Shown: piece by piece, positions 1-13,928 of the stretch
Layout: the number at the start of each line of letters is the position of its first letter
How positions within the stretch are numbered: the first letter of the stretch is position 1
Source: Adineta vaga
Lineage: Eukaryota > Animalia > Rotifera
Length of the DNA: 64,000 bases
Assembly (NCBI GenBank): GCA_021613535.1
Contig: CP075496.1
Location: 4,464,001-4,528,000 of the forward strand
Direction of reading: 5' to 3'
Notes under the pieces: model-generated
Told to the model about the DNA's origin: nothing
The model's input: the letters and a program-made list of their open reading frames with translations, nothing else
Databases searched by the model: none
Made by a program: the position numbers and the translations under genes

Positions 1-68
1 TTAATCACTAGTCTTTCGAATTATAAAAGACGTGTAGTTAATCGATTAAATGATCAAATATATTATAC

Positions 69-700
69 CTTTTATGATATATGCATAAGCATGGTAATCG
101 AGCAATCTTTTGTCCTATTAATAAATCATCAAGGCAGATGACACATTCACCTTTATCCTCCGTTAATGTATCTTCTAAAAAAAATGAGAAAAGATTTCGA
201 GATACTTCCTTTTTTTCAACATCAACAAACAAACCATTATAATCTATTCGTGGTTTCGATAAACATTTCATAATATGTTTATCAAATGAATCACTTGGAA
301 TAGTTTTGTGACATACAGGACAAGAAACATCACGAAGAGCAATTATAAAATGTTGCAAACGTCGGTGAGCTTGCGGAGAATCATCTTCAGAACTAGCATC
401 ATCTGATTCATGTTCAAGTCCAACGTAACGTAATAAATTTATATTAAATGCTGTCGTTCCTAATGGATCAATATTCGTAGATGTTGTACGATGTCGAGTA
501 TTTGTTGTCGCATTATTACCGAATAATCCATGCGAGGTATGATGACCACTACTAGAACGATGACGATGTCCAATTGAATTTTGCTGTTGTTGATAAGAAC
601 GATTTGTACGTGTATGAGGTAAATTTGTTGCTGTATTTGAAGCAGCTGCTGTCGATGATGAGGATGCCGATGATGGCGGAGTTGTTAAACGACCACCCAT
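69..700 (-). CDS. ZNRF1/2: ZNRF1/2-like zinc finger + RING-H2 E3 ubiquitin ligase (3' end runs off the window edge)
   Basis: N-terminal MG (possible myristoylation). CPVCHK..HIMKCLSKPRIDYN zinc finger and DKGECVICLDDL..IARLPCLCIYHK RING. In-frame 60-nt intron at 234-175; the next donor is at 68. Confidence 0.9.
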
Positions 701-1094
701 TTATATATATATATATATGAACAATATAAGAAGTTCTTGTTTAAAAATAAAAAAAGGAAATAACTAATTCAAACAGAAATAATATCAACGAATCATAACT
801 ATCGATACATCTAAAGTAAAGAAAAATATCAATGCTAGGATCAAAGTATTCTATTTACTAGTTTAATTATCGTTCGACTGTCATATTAGATAACTAATAA
901 GAAGAGAAGAGAAGAGAAGAAAAATGACAAACAATCAACAATAAACATCATACGTCGATCCATTCTATACCTCATAAATATGTGTCGACATCGTATCGAC
1001 ATTTCATTGGTTAATTCATTTTAATGTGTATTCAACACATTTTCTTGTTCTCTCTCTCTCGTTTGTCAAAAAATGAATTAATTTTGATTAAATA

Positions 1095-2508
1095 ATGAAT
1101 CCAAGAATTAGTCTTGATTCAAATAAAGAACCTTTACTTTCTGATAGAATGAATACATATCAACGAAATTTCCATTTTCTTAAACTGTATTTTCGGTCTT
1201 GTATACGTCGTCATTTAAACTCGTTAATTATTGCTTGTTTATTATCAAGTTTATGTTTTTTAATTCTATTTTATTTCAAAAATCAAACTGTCTTCAATTT
1301 ATTTACTTATTTATTTTCATGGATACCTTTTTATCGTAAATTCTCGCCGAAAACAGATACTTCACCTTTCAATGTACGAAAAAGATCTGGCTTATCAATT
1401 TATGATCAACAAATAATTTATAACGATTATGATTACCTACATAATAGTACATTGACTTTTGAAAAACGAATTTATTCCACTAATATTGAAATTTTATTTC
1501 GTTTACCAAAGAAAGTTTCTCCTTCAGCTTTATTATTAATCTTCCATGGATGTAGTCGTTCAGCAAATGATTGGTTTTCAACGATTGAACGTCAACGTAT
1601 TATTGGTGCTGCACTCGATCTTGGCTATGGTTGTCTGGCATTTCAATCCACAGATGCTTTTTCACATTGTTGGTCAAATGAATTTGATCTATCAAATAAT
1701 CCTGATGTTCAAATGGTATGGAATGGACTTGATGGATTCTATAAAGAATATCCTAAACTAAGTGAATAGAAAAAACTATATTTTCGATATTTTTACGTCG
1801 TTTTATAATAAAATTTCATTCTTTTAAGAGTTATTACCGCGTTTTACATTTGGTGCGTCGAGTGGCGGAATGTTTTCAAGTATATTTGCAATAAATTCAC
1901 GTCATAAAATTCAAGGTCAAATCATATTCATATCTATTGTTCATCCCGAATTATTAGAATCACATGTTAGAAAAGGAACTTATCCACCAACAGCTTGGAT
2001 ATACGTATGTCGAACACTGAAGATGTTTGTTTTCCATATCGAATTTCATTTTTGTCTATTACAGATGACACGTGATACGGAATTTGCTTCTCAATCACGT
2101 ATCAATGAATCAATGAAACATTTTGCCGAACAAAATATTCCACATAAAAGTTATGCAATTGAACCGATCCAAGTAACTTCAACAATTTTTCATGAACGAA
2201 TTCCAACGCTAACAAGAGAAACTTCGCAATATATTTTCGAATGCTTACAACAAAACAATTGGTTAGATTCAGAAAATTATCTCAAACATAATCCACGACG
2301 TCGAAATACATGGCCAGACTTTTTATTACTAACAGTCAATAAAACACATACAAATTCAAATATTTTCGAGAATCTCAATGCGCATAAAAAGATTCTTCCA
2401 GATTTTTTCAATACAATTTATGGTGAACATGAAATTAGTTTTGAACGATCATTTGAAGCTTTACAATGGCATCAACAAATCTACAAAATGAAAAATAATT
2501 CAACTTAA
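1095..2508 (+). CDS. Type II membrane-anchored alpha/beta-hydrolase-fold protein
   Basis: Exons 1095-1761, 1829-2004, 2065-2508. N-terminal TM segment, LLLIFHGC oxyanion-like motif, spliced GASSGG nucleophile elbow, YPPTAWIYMTRD, and a late GEHE His. Confidence 0.75.
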
Positions 2509-2672
2509 TAAATTTGTTTTTCTTTCTGTGATAAATATTTCTCTTCGTCTCTGCATATTTTCTTTGTCCAATCGAAATACATACACTTGTCAAAAAAATG
2601 TCAATATTTAATCTCATACTAATCTTTCTTTAGTATTTTCTCTTCAGTTTGTTTTTATAGATACACGTACTC

Positions 2673-5308
2673 ATGCCTCATAAAAAAGCAAAGAATCAAT
2701 CGAACAATTTCGTTGGCGCTATTGATCAAGGAACCTCATCATCTCGTTTTCTTGTAGGTGTTTTTCTGTTTATCTAAACTGTTAATGATTAGTATTTCAT
2801 CTTGAAAAGATTTTTGATGCATCGAATCTCGAATTGGTTACCTTCCATCAAGAAACAATAAATATTCGAACGCCACGTCCAGGTTGGGTAGAACAAGATC
2901 CAAATGAAATTCTTGAAAAAACAATTCGATGTATGGAAAAAGCCGTTCAACAATTCGAAGAACTTGGACATAAGAAATCAGATATTAAAGGTAGATTTCT
3001 AAACAAAGGAAAACGATTCCATTCTATTCTATTATTTACATAGCGATTGGTGTCACAAATCAACGTGAAACAACTATTTTATGGGATAAAGAAACAGGGA
3101 AAGTTTTATACAATGCTCTTGTTTGGTTAGATGCACGTACACAAGAAACAGTGGATTTCTTATTGAAACAATACAATAAACGTCAAGATTGTCTTCAAGT
3201 TTGTTCAATTAGGAACTTCATTTCGAATAAATATAGAATTCTTTTAGGAACAATGTGGTTTACCAATTTCAACGTATTTCTCGGCATTAAAAATTCGATG
3301 GTTAATTGATAATAGTGATGAAGTGAGAAAAGCAATCGACGCAAAACGATGCATGTTTGGCACGGTTGATAGCTGGTTACTTTATGTAATTAACTTGGAA
3401 AAATCTTTTTGTCTAACAAAAAAAATATCTTATTAATATCTAAATTAGAATTTGCTTTCCGATGACAAAAATACTGTGCATGTGACCGATGTGACAAATG
3501 CTAGCCGTAAGAAAAACAAAAAAAAACTAATTTCCTAATGGATATTTTGATTGTGCATGATTATTCTACAGAATTTAAATCATTCAGATTCGATTTATTT
3601 GAAACATATTTCATTCTTTGATTAGGAACAATGCTGATGAATATTCGTACTTTAAAATGGGATACTCATCTTTGTCAGTAGGTTATATTTTTCAAAAACA
3701 AAACAGATTGAATAAATGCGATCATTCAATTTGAATAGTTTCTTCAGTATTCCTGAACATATTTTACCAGAGATCAAATCGTCATCAACTATTTTTGGTT
3801 ATATTAACAAAGGTATCCTTCAAGGTGTGCCCGTCGGAGCTGTAAGATTTTGATATTTAATTCTTCTATCTTTTTTTAGTAAGATACATTTTAGGTACTT
3901 GGTGATCAACAAGCTGCACTTGTTGGCCAACAATGTTGGAGTAAAGGAACAGCAAAGAGCACGTAAGTGTTTTGTTTTATTCTTCAGAAAAAAAGCAATA
4001 CTTGTTTCTATTTTTAGATATGGTATGTGCTGATAAAAATGACAAGTTTATGAATATGTATTTGCTTTTTAATCGATTAGGTACTGGTTGTTTTATTCTA
4101 TATAATACAGGAAATGATTTAGCATATTCTCGAAATGGCTTGCTAACAACTGTGGCATATAAATGGAATGATGACGATGCTGTTTATGCTCTCGAAGTGC
4201 GTAAGGAGAGGGGGCGGGAGTTTAGAAAAGAACGTCAAATATAGTACACAATGAAGTTATAGTATAGGCTTCAATGAAAAAAAGAACACGAATTTTTGTA
4301 AACATAGGGTTCGATTGCTATTGCTGGTGAATGTATCAAATGGCTACGTGATAATCTCGGATTGATACCTAATTCTGAAAGCACTGGTTTGTTCATAAAT
4401 TCAAGTAGAAAAAACAATAAACATTTTTTTTCTCTTTTCTTTTCATTAGAAGCGATAGCCGCTTCTGTAAAAGATACTGGTGGCGTTTATTTTGTTCCTG
4501 CATTTTCCGGTTTATTCGCTCCATATTGGAGATCGGATGCACGAGGTAAACATTTCAAATAAAGATTTCCACTATACAGAAATGTATCTATCACTCAAAA
4601 GGTCTCATTATGGGAATGACACAGTATACAACTAAAGCACATATCGTTCGGGCAGCTCTCGAAGGTATTTGCTATCAAACACGTGAAGTGAGATATTTTC
4701 ATTTATTTCTTTTTCCGATCTAATATTTTCTATGATAATTGAATTAGATCATTGACGCCATGTATGACGATAGTGGTGTTCGACTTTCAAAATTAAAAGT
4801 CGATGGAGGAATGGCAAATAATAAACTTTTTCTCCAAATGCTTGCTAACATTGTTGGATTGGATGTTTCAGCACCGAGTTTATTTGAAACAACAGCATTA
4901 GGTGTGGCACTTGCTGCCGGAAAAGCAAAAGGAATTGATCTATTTCAATTAGAAGATGAGAATGAAATTGAAACTAAAATGAGTTCATATACTCCACGAA
5001 TACAAGGCAAAGGTGAGAAAATAAATAGACTAGTCTAATTCAATTTTATATGATTACTACTTGTCTAGAGCGTGAAGAATATTTTGCTGCTTGGAAAAAA
5101 GCTGTTATAAAAAGTTTCGAACGTTTTACACCCCCATTTAATGTTGAAAATAAAGGTAAGATATTACTAAAAATATCTTTCTATTTAATCATTTGAATTT
5201 CAAGGTATCGAAGGAGAAAAAACTCATCTATCATCAAGAACAATTGCATGGATGACAATGACAAGTTTGTTTGGTATTCTATTGTATATGAGTTCTCATC
5301 ATCATTGA
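2673..5308 (+). CDS. GK: Glycerol kinase (FGGY family), multi-exon, with hydrophobic C-terminal tail
   Basis: Spliced motifs [82 protein letters not shown]. Confidence 0.95.
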
Positions 5309-7060
5309 TCATCTTCATCCAATTTATTTTCCATGTTTGTAATACCAATCAACTTCCAGTATTACTCATTCCATATACACTTGCATTTTTGTTTTCCTGG
5401 TGTTCCTTTTTTTATGATTTGCTTTTCTGTATTTTTAGTTAGTTATTTTTCTTTATATGGTTTTATTTTTGGGGTGCATTGTGATACATACATCGTCTTT
5501 TTCTTTAGAATGATTAAAGACCTGATAAAAAATAGTGAAATATCATGTTATTTTCGATTAGCATATGATCTTTAGTGCTTTTACCTTCAAAATAAGAATT
5601 AATGAATATTTGACACGAATCATATGTCGGATTTTGATTGAATCGAAATAGATTTCCGTTTTGATTAGATGATGTTTCATAGAAAGTTATATGATTTCTA
5701 ACATACCGGAAATTTCATTCGTTCCTATTCTAGGTATCAAATCTATGAATAAGATCATATTGATCGGAAAAATCAGAATAATATTGACGAGATAATAGTT
5801 GTTCAAGATAAATCTTTTCCAATAAGGAACTACTTAGACAGCAAAATGATAAGAACTTCTCTTTTATGTTCAATTGCGCTGTTCTTCTTTGTTATACTAA
5901 TGGATGCGCAAGAAGACTGGCGTTTCTTTATATAACTACGTCAGTGTTGTTGTACTATTTTTGCTTTTCTGATTGTTAGATGAAATGAAGAAAACAAATG
6001 AGAAGGAGAATGAAGGGAAAAGAAAGATGTTATTGTCGGTAGAGAAGAAAGCGAACAGGTTATATATTCATGGTTCCTTTTCTTTGAAGGTAGTTGGTCG
6101 AGGAGAAGAAGAAGAAATGACTAAAATTGTAATAATCCATTCTTCTTTCCAAAACAAAACAGACTGATAGAATTGTTTATTGAATAAAAATATTTTCTAG
6201 AAAATTCAACATGCACAATAAATACCGTACGTTGTTTTGTATCTATTTTGTTATATATATATATATTGATAGATAAATACTTTGCATCTTTTTTAATAGA
6301 TATTCAACTTGTTGTGGTAATAAGTTAATCAAGATATGATCATCTTTTGTATGAAAGTTAGGAGTTTTTGCATGCACGCATGCATTCTCTATTTGATCCT
6401 TGCAATTAGTTTCAATGAATTTTCTCATAGAAATACTTTTAAGATCAGTATCAAGGTATGAGATTGAGTTCTTTTACTTGTGTAGGCATTTTATCTGGAA
6501 GATTAAGTGAAAGATGAGCATCTTATTTTGTCCATGAAACTCATTAATATAAGAGCATTAAGACATATTTTAGGTCTGAAAGGCAGTCTCTTATTTTCTG
6601 CACTAAAATAATCATATTAGATAATATGAGAACCATGTTAGAAGAAACATGCTTCTATTAAAGAAAATATGAGTAGGAACAATAGACAAAGAAGCTGTAT
6701 TGTCTTTTGTTGATATAGATGATAAAATTCTATTGTTTTGTTTTGAGACAAAAAGATCTTTATGAGAGACATTTAAAAAACGATGATGCCCAATCAGTAC
6801 ATTGGAAATCTATGCACATGCGTGCTCATACATATAGAGAGCGAATACAAGTTAAGCGCGTGTCACGAAACTAGAAAGCCGGGAGGAACTCCGGATGCCG
6901 TTCCATCATCTTCATTATCTGTGTCAGGATTGTTCTATAGACATGTTAGAAGATTTTCTTCTCTTGAATATTTCTCGACAACAAGAATGGCAAAGAATTT
7001 ATTTCTCTACTTTCATTTCATAGATAAAGCGTACATTTTTAGATTATTGAATACAAAAGA

Positions 7061-8202
7061 ATGCTCGGTCATATCCTCAAAATAACATTATCTTTCAGTG
7101 CTTTATTCTTGTTCATTACCCTTTTTTGGCAATGTTCAATCGCCGATGCTTTACCGGTAATTCTTTTTTTTTCTTCTCTGAATATAGTTAGAAAGTTTTG
7201 ATGCTCGATTTAGTTTCATTTTTAACTAAATCATTAATACATGACATTACGCATGGATATTTATCTTCCTAGGCAAATAATTCATGGTTGTTTTGTCTAC
7301 GATTTATAATTGACATATAGAGTATAATATGTTTTCATCTGCTGATATAGAAGAAGAACACTGCTCTATATTTTTCCATTATTTTCTTTCAAACTTTTAA
7401 CAAACACAGAATGAAAAAATTTTGATTCGCAATTTCTTGAATATATTTAGTTTTATGTTCATTTCTCTTTTTTCTTAAAAAAGAACCCAAATGGAAGCAT
7501 ATCGACCTTAAGACTGATTTTACCATGAGTAATAGGCTTTTTAATATAACCCTATCTATTAACTTGATTACTTTCTCTATTATGAAGCAAGAAAAAAGTC
7601 TAATAGGAAATTCTAAATGACAAATTCTATTACCAATTTGATTATCAATATTAAGGAAATGTGTGTGCATAGTGATATTGAATATTTTTTTTGTTGTTGT
7701 TGCTGTTTAGGTTCTGGTAACTGATGACAATATGGGTAAATCCATTGATGATGTATCACATTTGTTCACTAACAATATTCATACGGGTGCGCCTGTTATA
7801 AAACGCTTTTTGCACACGACAGTCGATCAACCTTGGTTGATCGATCGTCAGCCTATTTCTTCACAGCAGCATTATTTTAAAAAAAAATCTCCTTTAAATA
7901 AAAAAAAATCTTCATCAAATCTTTTTCGATCAACAGGCACATACAATAAAAATCTTCGAGCTGCCAAACGAATGAAAGCAGCATTAGACAATCGTCTCAA
8001 ACGTTTCCGTATGCTTGATCAAGATGAATTTCAAGAAATGCTCAAATCATTAAGTCAACAAACAACTGAAGATCAATCCAAAGCATCAAACGGTATGGAT
8101 GCTATCGGTGGTATGCAACTTGCAAGTAAGTTTGCTTGATTTTATCTCATTGTTTGTTAAATTTCTCAATCATATTCTTTAGACTACTGGTCATCTGCAT
8201 AA
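7061..8202 (+). CDS. Secreted prepropeptide (neuropeptide/hormone precursor-like)
   Basis: Exon 7061-7156 encodes a signal peptide (MLGHILKITLSFSALFLFITLFWQCSIADALP). It splices in phase 0 to exon 7711-8125, which has several KR/KKK sites. The last exon is probably 8183-8202. Confidence 0.65.
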
Positions 8203-9212
8203 AAGACGATGAAATTTCCGCATCGAACAAATTTTCTCTCTTTCAATGTTAATTTTGATTTAAAGAATACTATTTGAATGATCAACACATGATCGGCCTG
8301 AGTTCTGTTGCGATTTCTACTAAACAGTAAAGAAATAGAGAAAATAAAGAAAAATCGATATTACTTTTTCTTTTCATTCATTGGCATAAAATAAAATTCC
8401 CTGGATCTATATTTGATTGGCTTCTTTCGATAATCATGAATATGAACAAAGTTAGAAACTGGAAAATAATTCAAATATTCGTGGGTTATGACATTGTGAT
8501 ATAGAATGTATTATCGACGGAAGAGTATGATGAATGGTTTTTATCAGGAAACTCATTTTTATTATGTAAATAATTAAGATGAAAATGAGTTTCCTTCATG
8601 AGCTTCATTGAAGAGAAATCAAATCATTATTGCTTACAGTCAATTGTTAAAATCTCGAAGCAATAAATCCTCGATTTTTCTGCATTTGAATTTGATCAAG
8701 TGAAAAATGAATATTTATTTCCGTACTGATGGAAATCAGTACTCATTGAACAGAGACTTATTTATTTATGTGTCAAGTTGAGTTCATCAATGATAATATA
8801 AAAGCAATGAGAAGAGAGAAAAAAAAGACAAATGTTCGAAAGAAAAATCTCAAGAAAATTTGTCGATTTAATCAACATTGTGAGTGGTATGACATACCAC
8901 AGGGAAATAAGAATACTTTTTGCTCCAACCATTCTATTAATTTTTGATTATTTGTCAATGTCTTTTTTCATTTTACTTCGATTCAAACATATTTCCTTAA
9001 GGTATCACAACGATCAGATACTACTATGTATACAAGTGAAATATTCACTATAAAGATCATTCTTCGTGGTACAAAAACTTCAATTGTCATTACAATATCC
9101 TTATCAAAATGAGATTTTCATTTGGTAGTGAAACTCAGTTTAATATAAAAGACAAAATAAATCAAATCACATACAGACACGCACACGGAAAAATGTGTTT
9201 ACACGAATGGGT

Positions 9213-11417
9213 CTAATTAGACGAATCATCCATTTTTTTGTATAAACTATTGAAAACTTCTTTGTATTTCTTTTCAACTGCGAATCTTCGCGATTTAAAT
9301 GTTGGAGTTAGAAGACCATTTTCAATTGTAAATGGTTCTTGGATAAATTCAATTGCTTTAACTTGTTCAAAGGACATTAAACCACGTTTTTTACCTTCTC
9401 GAGTCATATCATCTAAAACAATTTCTTTTAATTTTTCGTCGGCATCTACTTGACTACTATTTCCATGACTTTCCTTCCATTTTCGAACATAATCATCATT
9501 GAGAACAACAACAGCAACAGGAAAATTTTTGTAGGAATCACCATAAACAAATATCTGAGAAACAAATTGACTACGGGAATAGGCATCTTCAATTTTTTCT
9601 GGTGCTATATATTCACCTTGACTTAACTAAAACGATAACGAAATCAAACGTTTTTCTTCCTGAAAATCAAGTCAACTTACTTTATACATGTTCTTCTTTC
9701 GATCGATAATTTTCATTGTATTATCTGGTGTCCAGCGGCCAATATCACCAGTGTGTAACCAACCTTCATCATCAACAACTTCTTTTGTTTTAGCTTCTTC
9801 TTTCAAATATCCACTAAAAACAGCTCGACTACGAATACAAATTTCTCCAACACGATCTTTTGCATAGTATTCTTTTTCAGGTACATCAACTAATTTAATA
9901 TGATTAAATGAAGTTGGAATACCGGTTTCACCTGATTCTATATCATGTAATGTTTGCCAACATCCAATAACACATTCTGTTTGTCCATAGGCTTCAATGA
10001 AAAAGCAAGAGAATGCTGCTCGGGCAAATTGACAAACTTCAGCGGATAAAGGTGCACTTGATGAAATAACACGTCGGACTTGTCCACCAAATTGTTTACG
10101 AACTTTGTCAAATAATAATTTATCCCAGAGAGTATCTTGAGCAAAATCACCTCGTCTTATTAAAGCAAGTTTACCACTAACAGCTAGGCGAAATAAAATT
10201 CGACCTGGTAAACCTTTTTTACGAATTTCTCCTCGAACTTTATCATATAATTTGTTCAATAAACGTGGCACAATTGATAACATCGTTGGTCGAAAATCTC
10301 GAAAATCATCTAATAATTTGTCAACTTTTCCTTGCCAAAAGCCGACTTCTCCGCCTAAATAATTAATTGCAACAACTGTTCCACAACCAAACATATGTGC
10401 CATTGGAAGAAAATTCAGCGCCCGAGGTACTTCATTTTTTCCCAAGGATTCTAAATCAATTGCCTTAGCACAACCAAACATTGCACAAATGAAATTTTCA
10501 TGTGTAATAATACAACCTAAAACGAAGAAGTTTTTCACAAAGATGTTCTTTTCTTTTATGTATCAATTACCTTTCGGTTCTCCTGTACTTCCACTTGTAT
10601 ACATAATTAAAGCTTTGTCGTCTGGTTTTGGTGGATTAAAATCAATTATATTGTTTCGACCAAGTTCTCTTAGTTTTTCATATGTCATCAATGTAAGATT
10701 TTTTTCTTCAGCTGCTTTTAATAATTCCGCTGTTGGTTCAACACATGCAATAATTGTTCTCAATGCTAATGTGTCATCTTTCCAATCAATTAAATTACGT
10801 ACACGTGTCAAATCATCTGCAAAGATTAATTCAACTTCAGCATGTTTAATGATAAATCGTACACCATCACGACCAAGTGAATCATAAATGCCAACGGGTA
10901 CCATTGAAAATGGCCAACAAGAATACACAGATAATGCATAATTAACTGACGCTGATCCGTAGATACCAATAAATGTTGTATTCGATGCTTTAAGACCTAG
11001 TTGAGAAATGCCACTGCCTGTTTCTTTGATTATTTGAAAGACTTCTCTATAATCGAAAGTAAATGTACAATCAAATGTTTTCAATTTATTTATAGATTTA
11101 TCTTACTTAAAACTGTATGATTTGAATGGTTCATCGGATGATGTTCGATATGAAAATTGTGGACGATCACCACCGATTCTTAATCCTCGTAAGAAAACAT
11201 CATATAATGTTTGTACACCAACGGAATCGAAATCTTGTAATTTATCAGTATGATCAGGATGAGCATAGATATGTTCTTTTGTGTCGACTTCTACGGCACC
11301 TTTCTTTTTGACTGGTTTTGTAAAAAGAATTGTAAAAATTTTTGTCGTAGAGTTTAGCAGCAAACTAAAAATAATCACTAGACCAGTGATTACAGTAGTG
11401 AAGATTAGCGACGGCAT
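9213..11417 (-). CDS. ACSL: Long-chain fatty acyl-CoA synthetase (ACSL1/5/6-like)
   Basis: IMYTSGSTGEPKG AMP-binding loop, EAYGQTE, GWLHTGDIG, IIDRKKN, ENGLLTPTFK; three short introns; N-terminal TM. Confidence 0.95.
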
Positions 11418-12548
11418 AAATGTACTATTAAGAAAAAGAAAGAAAGAAATAATCGTTAGAAAAATACATTTTTATAATCACCTAACAATAATGACTCGAA
11501 AATGAAATCTGTCTGCTTGTATATTGTTTTGTTTTCTTTACAATGTTTGATTAAATATAGCAAAAATATCTTTATGTATATACTAAAGTATAGGAAAGAG
11601 ATAATAATTTAAAAGATACGTAAACGACATTCTTTCTTCATTTTTTCTCATCTTTGCTTCAAAGAAAAGATAAATAACAAACGAGTACATGAATTTATAT
11701 CACAACATACATAGAACATAAAAAGCACTTGAAAAAGAAAAAGAAATCTAATAGATCTTTTCATAATCTTTATTTGTTATTCGAAAAGAAAAATAGACTG
11801 TTTTTTTGTTTAGATCTAACAATTCTATCAAAATAGGTTAAATTTAAAAGAAGAAACTATTGATGAGAAGATGACCTATTTTTTCGAATTTGTTTAGTCT
11901 TATATATATATATATCATTTAAATATTTACTCTCCAATGAAGAATAAGATAAAGAAATAATCTGTAAAATATACATCGTACGATTTTTTTTTATAGAAAA
12001 CCTATTAGATTTCATTACATTCTAAGCTAGTGATCGAAATTCGTCTAAATAAATAGATATTGAGAAAGACACAATATTAATAAGAAGCAATGAAGATTTT
12101 TATGATGTTAATAGTGATATGAGTAGATTTGAATGTGAATTATTTAAATAATTCAATATTCACTTTTCCAATTTAGAAGAAACTGATGTAGTCTAAAAGA
12201 TAAGATAGAATTTACATGATTTAATGAAAAAAATACGATATTTGTTCTGTAATTGTTAGTAACAATTGAAAAAGATGAAATCTAAGTTTCAACGACAAAA
12301 CCTCAAACTACTTGTAGAATAAATCTATCAAATATGTGTAACCATATCAATGGTCTACCGAAATACAACATGACTAAATCTTTGTTTTTTGAGAGATCTT
12401 CAATTCAAGGTTACATGAGTGTTCATTTCCGTTCTAATATCATTATTCTATACACATTGTAAATTATTTACGTTTTTTTCTCACTCAACATTCATCTGTA
12501 TGTAAACAATTAGAAAAGTAATCTTATCGTTGTTTTTTTTCCTTTACT

Positions 12549-13011
12549 TCAAGCAGCTCTACGAATTTCTTGAAATCGATGTCGTTGAAGATCTAACCAT
12601 TGTGAATAAACGATGTTCTGTATAGAAGATGTATTTGTAAATAGATCTGGACGAATAATATCTTGAAATACAAAAACAAATATCCTTATAAATCTCGTCG
12701 AAAAACGTAACATACTTACAAAATAAATAAGTATAAACAACAGCAAATGTGGTGATAATACTATGAATTAATATCAAATAATATTCATCATCAGTTAGAT
12801 GAGGTAAGAAATAGCGTAAAGGTGTAATTAAGAAATGAAGTCCATTGAGTATGGTTTCACCAATTGAGCAAATCGAAAGAGTTATCAATGGAATACGTTT
12901 TTCTAGAAGAATTAATAATACATAGATTAGAAAACTAAAGAAAATTGTTATAAAATAGATCAATATGGTAATGAAAAAATATCGTCGAATATAAGTCGAC
13001 AAATGGATCAT
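12549..13011 (-). CDS. Small multi-pass membrane protein of unknown function
   Basis: Hydrophobic ORF from ATG 13011. A GTAAGT donor near 12717 and an AAG acceptor near 12663 join it to a tail ending FQEIRRAA. Confidence 0.5.
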
Positions 13012-13928
13012 TATTGAAAGAGAGAGAGAGAAAAAAATCTTCTAATTAAATACTATTCATCGAAAAGACAGTAAAAATCGAAATAAAACTCACAAAAAAA
13101 ATATGAAATAGTCAAGGCAACAAAATTTGAAATAATCTATATTTCGACAATGTGATTTCTAATTAAAACGATATTGACTATCTGATGTATTCGATGTATA
13201 CTAACGTGGAATTTTGATCTATATCAGTTGTTTTCCACAAAATTAGTTTAAGTAAAACAAACAAGAATAGTGTTTGCTTGTTGGTTGCAAAGAAATCAAT
13301 AAACATTGCTCGAAGGTTAGATAATTGGCAGAAAGAAAGAAAGAAAGAAAATAGCACGCAATGATGAATACGTCAATGTTCAAACTACTGTTCTCTCTTG
13401 CATTCACTCATAACTGTCATACATTAGGTTTGTTCTTGTTCTTCGAGAAGTAAAAAATGTGATGTAATGACCAAAAAAAGAATGAAATTCATGCAATGGA
13501 ATTATTCCGTTTACTCATCTATAATGACACATATATGAATCATAGTCTCATAAAATTCATCTCGTTTAATTATATCAGACAGTGAGCATGGATTCTTTTT
13601 CTCTTCAAGGAAAGACGCAATTATTCTGAAGAAAAAATTTCAATGAAATTTTCAAAGAAATGTAAGGAGACTGTTATTCGTTTGAAGTCGAAGATATTGC
13701 AACCACTCCATACATTATTTAAACAATCTAAAAATGAATAAAACATAATCTGTTATATATTTATATATGTATTTTATTGTGTCTGTTAAAATAAACTATA
13801 TACATAATACATTGAAAACAAAAGCAACGGTGAATGCTCTCTATCGACCTGTCACAGTTTACATATTAAAATAAAAAGACATAGAAATGTTCATCATGAT
13901 TAGACGCCAACGATCGTTTAATTTATTT

